A program made the translations under genes and the position numbers. Below are positions 1 through 11,681 of a stretch of DNA of 64,000 nt, piece by piece. Positions within the stretch are counted from its first letter, which is position 1. Every line of letters starts with the position of its first letter. The stretch covers positions 2,108,001 through 2,172,000 of the forward strand of contig CM035356.1 in the NCBI GenBank assembly GCA_020137815.1, given 5' to 3'. Origin of the DNA: Hormiphora californensis. Lineage: Eukaryota > Animalia > Ctenophora. The notes under the pieces are model-generated. The model had not been told where the DNA came from. It ran no database searches and saw only the letters and a list, made by a program, of their open reading frames with translations.

Positions 1-548
1 TTTCGTAAATGACCATAAATCCGGTTCCTGACGAGATAAAGACTTGAAATTTGGAGGTTACGAAGATCTTGCTAAGTTCTTCCGAACCTCCAAATTTCAA
101 GTCTCTATCTTATCAGGAACCGGAGATATGGCAAATTTTGTTATTTCAGGGGGGTGACAGTTTCAAAAAATCCGACTTTACCCTGACTCTGTTAACGTGT
201 AGCGCGCGCAGCGTAAATTAAAATATCGCACGCGCATGAGTTGGAGGGTGAACATAACAGTTGAATAAATTTTTAACGTCGACTGAAATAATAAAACAGC
301 TCAAGTAAAAAATAGACGCGCGGTCAATTTCAGCAGATTAAACTTGCATATTCTGCGCGGTACGTATTACGGTGTGCAATTGCATCGCGTCGGGCACAAA
401 TTTTCGGTGGGCCGTGAAAATAAAAAACTCAAGGAGAGCTCTTTTTTAAAAGTTTTTTCTGAAGTGGACGGCGGACCGTAGGTCGTAAGAGTTTGGGAGA
501 TTGCCGACTAAGGATCGAAGTAGCATCAACTGGTAGGTGATAGTGAGG

Positions 549-1841
549 ATGGGCGAGCTAAACTTTTTCTCCACCATGGAAGACCTGATTGCTTCGTCAG
601 ACGAACAAATTGTTCGGGAAATGGGAGCAGTTTCACCAGAAGTAGTGATAGAGTATGTCCTTTTCCTGAGAAGAAAAACAGGCTCCAGCTCACAAAACTT
701 TGAAACAAAAATCCAGCCTCCTCCGTATAACCCTGACTATCATGATGAAACCTTAGGAAGCAGTAGAGAGTTTGCAAACATTGCGGAGCACACCCCCGTC
801 CATACCACCTCTGACTGGGGATCTGCACTCGAACGTGGAGTGGTCACACGCCACGAACCGTCACCGGGTAGTTTTAATTATAGACTCAAGATGGAAAAAG
901 GGGAATCCAGTAGGTCTTCATCTTCGTTGAGGCTGTCCAGCAGGCCGGATCACGCACAAAATCTCGAATCAGATATTCAACTTGATATTCATGGCAGTGA
1001 ACTCAAAAATGTGAAAGATTTTGTTTTCGAGAGGAAGCTAAGAGTTGGCGATAAGATAGTTGCACAAGGTTTCCTGAATGCCCGGACTTCATTCTCCATC
1101 ACCTTCCGTACAGATATTATGAGGAACGCTGTTCATATCCAATTTGATGAACCTGGTGAGATGGTCATGACTGGCCCTGATTCTTTGTCTACTGTTTATG
1201 ATTCAGTCCAACAAAAAGTCCCTGGTCAGAAGTATACGATGGTTCTCTTCTGCGATACAAATGAGTTTAGAATACTTATAGATGGAATTGAGAAGAAACC
1301 ATTCCCATATCAGACACCATTAGACGAGCTCACAGGAATATGGTGTCAGCCTCGCTGGGTTTGGAGCTCCGTTGACCTTCCCCGACCATTCGTCACCGCT
1401 TCTAAAACAAGGCTCAACGAATCCTACTTCTTGAAAAAACCTCTCGAATTTATGGATAAAATTGAAATAATGGGAAAGTATGCTGCTGTTGGATCGAAAC
1501 CATTTGCGTTCTACCTGAAACGACCAGGTGCTCGTCGATGGGACGATTGGAAGGCTGACTTCTATGTCGCACTACATCCTAATAACAATCTTATTATGGA
1601 TTCCGAACTGTATGGACATTCCTTAAGAGTGTCAGCTAAACGCCCACCTCTTGATGATGGCCAACTGTTTCTTGTCGAAATTTTGTGTGACAGAGACGCG
1701 TTCCGGGTGTTTTTTGATGGCGTCGAGAAAGGAAATTTCCCTTATTTAGACGGTACTCATCATATTAAATCGGTTTATCTAGAACACGGAGGGAAAAGAA
1801 GTGGTTGGTTTTGGCTCAATACTACGTCTATACAGTTTTAA
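549..1841 (+). CDS. Intronless tandem galectin-like protein (~430 aa; N-terminal extension plus two degenerate galectin-fold domains)
   Basis: First ATG of the long ORF is at 549. Two repeats follow the galectin pattern (L.VGDKI...G / SFSITF / AVHIQF / GQKYTMVLFCDTNEFRILIDG..KPFPY and LEFMDKIEIMG / PFAFYL / GQLFLVEILCDRDAFRVFFDG..GNFPY). The canonical HxNPR and WxxE sugar-binding residues are not evident. Confidence 0.7.
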   Translation: MGELNFFSTMEDLIASSDEQIVREMGAVSPEVVIEYVLFLRRKTGSSSQNFETKIQPPPYNPDYHDETLGSSREFANIAEHTPVHTTSDWGSALERGVVTRHEPSPGSFNYRLKMEKGESSRSSSSLRLSSRPDHAQNLESDIQLDIHGSELKNVKDFVFERKLRVGDKIVAQGFLNARTSFSITFRTDIMRNAVHIQFDEPGEMVMTGPDSLSTVYDSVQQKVPGQKYTMVLFCDTNEFRILIDGIEKKPFPYQTPLDELTGIWCQPRWVWSSVDLPRPFVTASKTRLNESYFLKKPLEFMDKIEIMGKYAAVGSKPFAFYLKRPGARRWDDWKADFYVALHPNNNLIMDSELYGHSLRVSAKRPPLDDGQLFLVEILCDRDAFRVFFDGVEKGNFPYLDGTHHIKSVYLEHGGKRSGWFWLNTTSIQF

Positions 1842-2210
1842 AAATCCTGAGCTCTTCCACTAACAATATGATCACGTTACTGTTATGTTATGAGTATCAT
1901 TGTGTGACGTGTTGCACTATTAAAAATTGATCAACTATTTTATTGTCTTTTTATATTAACTTTTAGCCAATCAAATATTTTTAAATTTACTGATTTTATG
2001 AGAAACTGTTTAGTTATTGCATGACATGATTATATTCGTTTATAATTTATTAATCATTATTTTGATTTTGATTTATACGGAATTTGTTTTATTAAAATTC
2101 TTCACCAAGATAAGAAATCTAATCTATGCATCTTGTTATAGTCAAGGTTGCATCTGTTTTCTGTAAGAACACGTGTCGGCTGATCAAGTGCTGTGGAAGC
2201 TCAGAAATCT

Positions 2211-3246
2211 ATGATGGAAATTCCTATTGATGGTAAGCTTACATGTGTTGTTAATTATCACATAATATAAGTCATAACATTAAAATTGCGGCCTGGGGTC
2301 TGATAGGCGAGTCTGACAGACTAATTTCCTTACCTCAACAATTATTTGTGACTTGAGGGCTCGGGCCATGGCCTATGTTCTCAAGAAAGATATTCAACTT
2401 TTTCTCTTCGTCTCTCTTTTTTTCTCCCTCTCTCTTCCACTCACCTCCTCCCCTCTCTCCCTTCATTTTATCCCTATAATCTCCTTTCCTCTCTCTTCAA
2501 TTCCAGATCCGATGGTGAGAGATGAGACGATTGTGGCCCAGATGGATGCCATTTCTAAAGACATTGCCCGTAATTCACCTCTTGTTAGCAATCCAGTACC
2601 CGTGGGTACGTTATGTGAGGAGTACAGTGATAACAGGGAATTCCTCTCCAAAATTACTGTAAGTTTTCAGTTTCTTTCTCTTCAAAATAACTGTAAGTTT
2701 TCAGTTTCTTTCTCTCCAAAATTACTGTAAGTTTTCAGTTTCTTTCTCTCCAAAATTACTAAAAGTTTTCAGTTTCTTTCTCTCCAAAATTACTGTAAGT
2801 TTTCAGTTTCTTTCTCTCCAAAATTACTGTAAGTTTTCAGTTTCTTTCTCTTTTTGTTTCTCTTTTTACAAAATGTATGCGTTGTGAAACATCTCTTCCA
2901 ACATCTCTTGAATGTGAGTAACACATCTCACACCGCTGGTTCTGATGGGGGTGTCTTGATTAGCGGCAGTTTTCCTCATTTCCTATTTGTCTTTCACATA
3001 TATTTCGTGGTTCCCAGAACATTTATCAAAGATCTAGTGAATCAAGGGCTACAAATTATATAGATTTCCATTTTAAAGTAACTACATGATATGACACATT
3101 GAGTACATGGTAGTGTAAATAAGTACTGTATACTGTAATATGGGAATGGGTGTGACAGATTAGAATTGCGAAGCCATCAAACAATGTATTTGATATGTTT
3201 GGAGACTAGGAGGGAGATAAAGAGGAGATAAAGAAAGAAAAGAGAG

Positions 3247-3330
<84 letters not shown>

Positions 3331-6300
3331 TAGAGAGAGAGGGAGAAAGAAAGAGAAAGAGAAAGGGAGAGAGAAAGAGAGAGAGAAAATGAATGTTGCG
3401 CGCTTTTTTGGGGGGGGGGCCGGCTGAAGTTTTTGAAGTTTGAAGTTTTCCACCCTACTTTTTGAGTTTTTGAAGTTTTTGAAGTTGACTTCAAAAACTT
3501 CAAAAACTTCAAAAAGTCTAAACTACTTTTATATGCTATCAGTGACTATTATTACACTTGTTTAGGTTAGTTTCATGCTTAATACATATTGTGGCAAAGT
3601 TATCCGTCCTTGTCTGCCCTTTTTCTACCACAAATTAGGACATTTACAATGATTCCTAGCCATGAAATCCATGACAAAATTTGGTGTAAAAAATTTTAAT
3701 TTTTTGTAAAAACAGATTTCATTTTCATTCTATAACTCAAAAAGTTGCCTAGAAAATGCTAAGAAAGTGTTTAAAAATTATGAAGTAAATTTTCAAAATT
3801 TTTTTTGGGGCCACACCCTTTTTGCCAGTTTCACAAAATGTAAATTTTTTATTAAGGGAGTAGTGAAAAAAATATGGACACCAAAATCATCAGCGGCCTC
3901 GAGTTTATATAAGAGTTATGAAGCAACATAGGGCCTATCTCCAACGGTTTAGGAGATATGAGTTTTTGAAGTTTTTGAAGTTTTTGAAGTTTTCCACCCT
4001 AAGTTTCTCTTTGAAGTTTTTGAAGTTGACTTCAAAAACTTCAAAAACTTCAGCCGGCCCCCCCCCCCCGCTTTTTTAGCTAACAGGTGTATACTTGATA
4101 CATATTCTTGACCATTGTCCCTTTATATTTTCCTGTTTTGTACTTTCTCGGACTCTCTTTCGTCGTTACAACTGTAATTCTTGGAAACTCCAATTAATAA
4201 GGGCTGGTACCTTAACATTATATCAGTGCATTTCCAGGAACATACCAATTACAATTGTATACCCATTCCCTTTGTAGATAGTTACCCGCCCATACTTCCT
4301 TAGTTCGTTTCATTTTGTAAATATAGCGTGTTGCCGACCTTGAATTTCTCTCAGTCCCCCATTTTTCTCCTACACACTCTTCTGTAATGCACATCAGAGC
4401 GAGATATTTTACGTCACAGTATCATGACATCTTTTTTCTCAACAAACTTGTACATTCTTTAACACCTCTAATGCCGCCCCATTTCCCCATATAGTTCCTG
4501 TCCAAGAAATACACGACCCTCCGAAGAGTCCGGGGCGATGGTAACTGTTTCTATAGAGCATATGCATTCAGTATCTTCCAGCAGTGCAAATCGAACTCAA
4601 CTCTACGAGACCAGTAAGAAAATACCAAACAAGGACTAAACATTTTAGAAGAGGGGGGTGATCCAAAGTGATATATCTGTCCATGTGATTAATCAATGTG
4701 ATAAATTGAAACGATTTAACGACCCTTCCTCAATAAGTTGAGAGAAATATAACCAATTATTTATTTTCAGTATTTACAAAAAGCTGGATACGACCCTTGA
4801 TTGGCTTCTAAAACTGGGCATGCCAAGCTTCACCACTGAAGATTTCCACGAAACTGTAAGTAAAGGGTGGTGCCCTGTTTTTTGGAGAAAGGTCCAAAAA
4901 AGGTCGTATCGAGTTGAGAGTTTGTGCTGGCAACCAACCTGACCGCACGCGCGGAGCACCATTCGGTAGGTTGGGGGCGCGGGGTCTACTGCACTGACGC
5001 GCATATCTCCTCTGTTTCCGATTTCAATCTCTCACAGTCCCCCCTGGGCTCTGAGTTATCACTGTGTTAACTTTACTCATTCCCTACCCCCTTCCCAATA
5101 CTAACCAATCCTCCTTCCCTAGTTAGCGCACAATGTTAACAGCTGAGCTATGGCTCTACATGGGTCTCCTTCTCTGCCAAATCCCCAAATGGTCCGGTCT
5201 CTGCAACCTGAAATCCCTGACCCTCCTCGTCTCCATCGCCCAACCACCCTTCTCAGTGTGGTACCTCACCAAATTCCATATAGTCCGACACCGACCCGCC
5301 CTTTACCAGGGATTCCGGGTTAAAAAGGCGCCTGTAGGTGGAATGGCACTGGTATTGCTGTGTAACAGTCTACCCGGGCCACCAACTGAACTGTTGATAT
5401 CGGGGTTATTAGCGTTATGGGTAGTAGGGTTTAGTGGGCAATGGAACCGCAACATGGAACACACTCTCCATACCTGTTCCACTAATATAGCCCTTGTAAT
5501 ACTGATCTCTCCATCAATCGGGACATTTTCCTTCCTTCTCTGCTGCCAGTTCCTAATCACCATCATAACATTTGATATCCGGGAATCTTTCAGTGTTACA
5601 GAGTACGTGTTTCTCTCTACCTTCCTATCCTATGCTATCTACCAAACAATATTTGAACCCTCCTCCCTGTTCGTGATCCTATCCCTGGTGTCAATCCTTC
5701 TCTTTCTCATCATTCCACCCTTCCTGGAGTATGATACAGTCCCCATTATCCTTGTATTCGCTGCCTGGGTTTCTGTTATTTTCTACAAAAACAGGGATTA
5801 TTTCCTGCCCCGAATTGAGAACATGATATGGGAGACGAGATCTGATGTTGAAGAACACAGTACCCTGCTTGCATTTTGGATTGTCTGTACCATTCTCTCC
5901 CTGCTGTTCACGGTGTGCCCTCCACGTCCTGGGAAATCTGCACGTGCAGCGGAAAGTTTACCACGTCTTTATTTGTGTTGTGTTTGTATCCTGGTATTGC
6001 GTGTGCACCTCGACTTACTATCAACCGCGTGTCTAGGTGTCACCACTCTGATAATCGTGTGTGAGATATCAGTTTTACCGGGGCAGCAAGGTCCTGGAAA
6101 CATGTTTGGGCAGGTTCAGGGGTTCCCAGGACACTGGATCCCTCCTCCTAACACCCCTCTGCCTAATACTAGGACTATCCCTGCCTGTGTGGTGCACATT
6201 TGGTATTTTCTCCTCCCAGCCCCTCCCTGACCGGTCATCCTTCCTCCAATCCCTACTACCATATGTGGGGGTCATGACGGTTGGGGTGGGTGATGCGTGT

Positions 6301-7957
6301 GCTGCTGTGGTTGGCTCCACCCTGGGTAGGACCAAGTTACCCGGTACCCACAAAACTCTAGAAGGATTCATCGGGAACACTCTGGGGCAGTTGTTATTCC
6401 TTGGAGCTATTAGCCCCCATGTTAGCCGGGGTAACCCTGATAAGTGGGCCCGTGATATGGGGGTAACTGCAGCGGCTATATTGGGCAGTGCCACCATGGA
6501 GATTTACACACAGGACATTGACAATTTGGCGGTACCCGTTTATGCTACACTTGTAATGTGGTGTATGTGAGGGCGTGTTGTTGTAACTATAGTTACCAGT
6601 TGTGAGTTACTATAGTTACCATTGTGTAACCTAGGTTACTCATTGGCGGTTGCCAGGGCCGAAATTCACTATCAAATAATCACAAAGGCGTTCTAAACTC
6701 TCATGCAGTTAACTATTCAGAGAGACAACAATACCAGTTCAATACCTCTCTCTCATGATCAAATAATCCACATTGGAGAATGCTTGACACGGGTATTATA
6801 TCCTTGGTAACCCTGGTAACCGTTTGTGTAACACGGTCGCTTGTAGTGGGAAAACGGTAATGGAAAACGAAAGATACAGTAAGACGACGCGCAACCGTGG
6901 CCAATCAGGGCGCTAGTACGTGCTGAACACATGTACTTTTTGCCGCGCGTTATGCACCGTGTGTGTCTCCTTACTGTATTTTCATTACGGTAATTTGACT
7001 ACAAGCAGCACTGTAACCAACGGTTACCAAGGATACGACCCACACATGTGTCTCATTATAACAGCTGCCAGTTCTTGAAGGTGTTTGCATGGTGAACTTA
7101 TTATTTTGTATTTTAAATTCCAACATTAATACTTATATAAATCTTTTTTGGTTGAACTTCGTTTCAAAAACACCCCTGCGTTTCACTATCTCTCTCATTC
7201 CTTTCTACCTCCTTTATAACTAACCAGCTTCCACTCCCTTCAGTTTGTGGACACGTTAAAAGGACACTGTGAATCTGGGGATAGCACTACACTATGTGAA
7301 ACATTCAACAATGATGGCATGAGCAATTATCTGGTACGTGATATCTCATTATCTCAACCCTATCCCCTATCTCTCTCTGTCTCCCCTCAACCCTCTTTCT
7401 TTCTGTTATTGTAGGCCCCTGTTCCCAGTTCCCTCAACAACTACCCCCAAACCAGGTGGTGTATGTGAGGTTATTGTGCGCTGGCCAGCTCCAGGAGCAA
7501 AGTGACGAGTATCTCCCCTTTGTTGAAGGTCTCTACGCCGACATGAAAGAATTTTGTGATAAGGTGAGTTTTCAAACTCTAAAATTTCCAAAATAAAATG
7601 TCTCCCACGTTGTTCAGTTCACTTTCATAACTTCGCTAAATTCACAAACTAAACCCCGTAGGAAGTAATGCCAGTGGACAAGGAGGCTGATCACCTACAG
7701 ATAAAAGCCCTAACAGAGTGCCTGGGGGTGCCCCTAAAACTCGTCTATGTGGACAGGTCCCCTGGGGAACCAACAGAGGTTATTATTCCTGATGGAGCTG
7801 CTCCCCTCATCACACTCATCTATAGACCAGGTATTGTAGAGGAGTTGTAGAGGTGATCTTCAGGAGATGAGAAAATCAGGAACTATTTTGTGAATTCACA
7901 TCACTAATTCTTCTTTTTCTGTCAGGTCATTATGATATTCTATACGATACAAGCTAA
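2211..7957 (+). CDS. OTUB1: Otubain-family deubiquitinase, 258 aa. Exons 2211-2232, 2507-2658, 4495-4613, 4771-4855, 7244-7333, 7456-7563, 7662-7830, 7926-7957
   Basis: GT-AG exons splice in frame (777 nt). Motifs RRVRGDGNCFYRAYAF (catalytic D/C), FTTEDFHET, NYLVVYVRLL, KEADHLQIKAL and LIYRPGHYDILY (catalytic H) match otubains. Confidence 0.95.
2644..2847 (+). repeat. 34-bp tandem repeat x6 spanning the OTUB1 exon-2 donor
   Basis: Unit ctctccaaaattactGTAAGttttcagtttcttt. Copy 1 contains the exon end and the donor used in the model. Confidence 0.95.
3250..3386. repeat. (GA)n microsatellite. Similar tracts at ~9261-9380, 10381-10538, 11609-11678, 13101-13146, 13921-14147, 33102-33169, 34190-34300, 35857-35960, 40774-40896, 50711-50850, 52512-52684
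   Basis: Seen directly. These tracts produce the spurious LSLS/ERER ORFs in the track. Confidence 0.98.
3410..4068. mobile_element. Non-autonomous Mutator-like (MULE) MITE in OTUB1 intron 2
   Basis: TIRs poly-G-ccggctgaagtttttgaag / cttcaaaaacttcagccgg-poly-C. 9-bp TSD cgctttttt at 3401-3409 and 4069-4077. Subterminal tttttgaag repeats. Confidence 0.8.
5099..5126 (+). promoter_or_regulatory. Branch point TACTAAC, polypyrimidine tract and AG acceptors (5121-5122, 5125-5126) just upstream of the DOLK ATG
   Basis: Sequence reads aaTACTAACcaatcctccttccctAGttAGcgcacaATG. Confidence 0.75.
5133..6570 (+). CDS. DOLK: Dolichol kinase (~477 aa after removing four apparent extra bases), intronless, nested on the same strand in OTUB1 intron 4
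   Basis: Polytopic membrane ORF. Motifs ESFSVTE, RKVYH (RKYFH), YPGI, DTGSLLLTPLCLILGLSLPVW and GVMTVGVGDACAAVVGSTLGRTKLPGTHKTLEG...YTQDIDNL are the DOLK/CTP-transferase signature. They are spread over three frames at 5915-6070. Confidence 0.9.
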
Positions 7958-9256
7958 CATCCTACCAACAACTGAACACCTGATTTATAATGAACTGTAG
8001 GCTCAAACAGACAATGTAAAATGTGTTTTATCCAGAGAGAGAGAGGGAGAGAGAAAGATAGATTTATGAAGGAGCAGCACTAATTATTTGAACTCTGCAG
8101 TATTGTGTGGCTATATTATGATATTTAGGCTGATTATTTAATTGGAACTTGTTAGAATGTGTTGTAGTAGGGTCAGTGTGGTGAACTGTAAGTGTGTGAG
8201 ACCCCTTGCTCGACCCTGTTTCACCGTGCCCCGCAGTCCGCACGTAAAGGAGGGTTACACCATAATAGTGTGTGATTTGGGTGCTTTGGTTAGTAGAATA
8301 TATTATGTGTTTGCCTTATGCACCAAATGTAAAGGTGGGTTATAACATAACAAGCTTTTGTTAGTAGAATATATTATGTGTATATGATCAGGTATATTTG
8401 CCTCTTTTACTGCAATTTTATGAGGCACATATAGATATGTGGCTCCTGAAATTGTCAGTAATAGAGGTATCGTGTGAGAGATATTGAATGAGTGATGGTC
8501 GAATATTGAGACACTCAGACCCCGATTTAACGGCATGCTCAGGGGGTTTGCCCGGTATATCTTGCTACGTAGTCTTTCGTTAATCGTTCACGCGATGAAT
8601 ATCGCTTCGGCCCGACTATGAGAGCCGACAGACTGGGAACATGTTAAGATATATCGTGGTGAAATATCTCCGATCGCGATATATCGGGAAAATTTATCCG
8701 TCCTGTAAATTGGGGCCCGGGCTGTATGTGTTATGTGAGCTGTTATAGGAGTGTCGGAATTTATTGGAAAGATGACACGAATTAATGCGGAGATATAGAA
8801 TATATATTATACTTCCACCCTTCCATCATGCTGCGTGAGATAAATTATTCTAGATCTTTGCTCGTGGGATAATGTTATCATAGAGAATGATCGGTTACAT
8901 TGGTATATCATTGGTATCTAGGGAAGCGAGTTTCGTTGCTATGAAGGTCATGTAGCTACTTATTATACACTCCCACATTCAGCTGTCTGTTCATCCTCTC
9001 TTTGGTCTGTCTGGGGTCTGTCTCTATTTCTCGATTTGTTGAGTAACAACAATCTTGATCTGTCTGTCGATCTTAGTCTTTTGTGTATGAAAATTGGATG
9101 TGTCTCACTGCCAAGTAGTCACGTTATTAATTCTTCTCCATGCCTCCATCCCGCACTGATATATTGCAGAATGTACCTTCTCAGTTCTCATGATACACAT
9201 TCTTTGACGCATATTGACCACGGAGGTGGTTGGTTGTGGATGTCGCCTCAATCAAC

Positions 9257-9380
<124 letters not shown>

Positions 9381-10400
9381 AATCTTTCTCTCATTTCTTT
9401 GGGTACTCAATCTACTCATAGCTCATTTTTACGTTTCTTGCAAGATCTCGTATTGAAGAGAGGGTGAACATCGGACAATACAGACATCGTACCTAGTTTT
9501 TCTACTCGTTTTAAAATTTCTCGCGAGAATCGAATTTAGAAATTCCTCCCTATTTATCCCTATTCTAGAATTCTTGTCAATTTCTCCCATTTTCTATTTC
9601 ACCGTAGTTGCACTTTAGACTTTAATATCTCCTTCCGGCTCTAAAAGCTGGTGTACGTGAGAGAGAAGAGAGTGGAGAGAGAGATAGAGAGAGTTCTAAT
9701 TCTGTTAACTCGGTTAGAGTGGTAGGTGGAGGAGGAAGTATGAACGCTGTGACATGGTAGATATTAGGTGAGGGAGATAGAGAGATAGAAAGTTAGAGAG
9801 ATAAAGAGATGGAGAGATAGAGAGATAAAGTTAGAGAGATAGATAGAGAGATGGAGAGAATCGCGATAGTTTCTTTGTAGTCTGTGTGCCACTTAGTCTA
9901 ACTCTATGTGGAAGGGTGTGTGAGGATACGCGAGTGAAATTTATTGGGCTTTAATGAACTCCTTTTGTATTCTACCTTTCTCCTTTGTTTTAGTATGGCA
10001 GCACCTCTCGCAGTCTTTTGTGTGTTCCAATATATTCCAAGAGCTAGTTTAATTTAAATTATACCAAGTTTTGAGTGTTATGTTATATCGTAGTTCTCTG
10101 TTATGTTATATTAAGCGAGAGTAAATTGGAGTTATATTGGTTTGCACTTGAATCTCTCTCTTGTAGTCTGCTGCAGTGACTGCTACGAATATCCAGTCGC
10201 GAAGTGGGCTCTGGTGCAGCAGGAGACTCAAATGTCAAGCAATTATTGTTTCACACTGTAATTCAAATCAAATCTCTTTCTCTCCCAACACACGTTCTGT
10301 TGGTGCACTTTTCTAAATTTGTCGCGTTTTAATTGTCTAACCGGGCGGATCCAATTAACGTGGTACATGCACGCTTTCTATCTCTCTCTATCTCTCTTTC

Positions 10401-10449
<49 letters not shown>

Positions 10450-10450
10450 A

Positions 10451-10540
<90 letters not shown>

Positions 10541-11604
10541 AATGGTTTCTTTATTTCCAGTTCTTCTAGAATTCTTTCTCCCTGTAATTGCTCGGGCAAT
10601 CAGTCCAGTAGCGCTATGTCGGATTTCTACTAAACTTGTTATTCTCACTCCACACACACAACACAATAGACCCAATACAGTTCCCATGATTATTGAATAA
10701 TTCAAGACCAATTAGAGAGTCTCCCATTGTCATGCTTGTTTAGTGTGTGGGTCTCTGTGAATGGGTTCACTGACCAACGCTCTCATTTCACACAATAAGA
10801 GAACGAGTGTATGTCCATTTCCCCGCTCTCGTAGTTAATGTTATTTTTGGATTTGAGATCAGGAAACTAACATTAACTGCACCACGTTCTATTTCTATCC
10901 TTTAGATATAACAACGAATTGTTCTGTTTTAAATCCCTTTTCTGGGACGCATGGACACTGGGCAAGAGTGTTTTGTAAATTTCTAGCTTGTTTACCCGCT
11001 GTCTGGCTTGTTGAGTAAGGGGTGGAGAACTCCCACCCCTTACTCAACAATATCGGGCGGCGCCAGACCCCGATTTGTTTCCCAAATGGGGCGTGATAGT
11101 GCGCTCAGGTGGGGTCCGTGGCATGGTGCCAGACAGTGAATTCCTTTAATTCTCCGGAATAATATAATAGTTAAACAAACAATTTTATTACTCTGCAGCT
11201 ATATCTGCAGCTAGGCTACATAGAGAATTATGATCTTATAAGCATGCATATAATACGACTCAAGCTCTAGCATGCATATAGGACTCTAGTCTCTTTGGCA
11301 CTGACATGTCATATATAATGTATATGTCATATGCCAGCATATATATATACTGACAATACATGGCACCTGTTGTAGCACAATGATTTCCCTTATAATATCC
11401 TGATACACGTGCAGTGTTTGTGTGCCTTATGTGAGCGGGGCGAGGAGTGTTTGTGTGTGCCTTATGTGAGCGGAGCGAGGAGTGTTTGTGTGTGCCATCT
11501 GTGAGCGGAGCGAGGAGTGTTGACAGGCATGTTCGATAAAGGGTAGTTGAGAGAAAACCTTGAAGAAGATAGGATACGGCTGACGGAACTAAGGAAAGCT
11601 TGAA

Positions 11605-11681
<77 letters not shown>

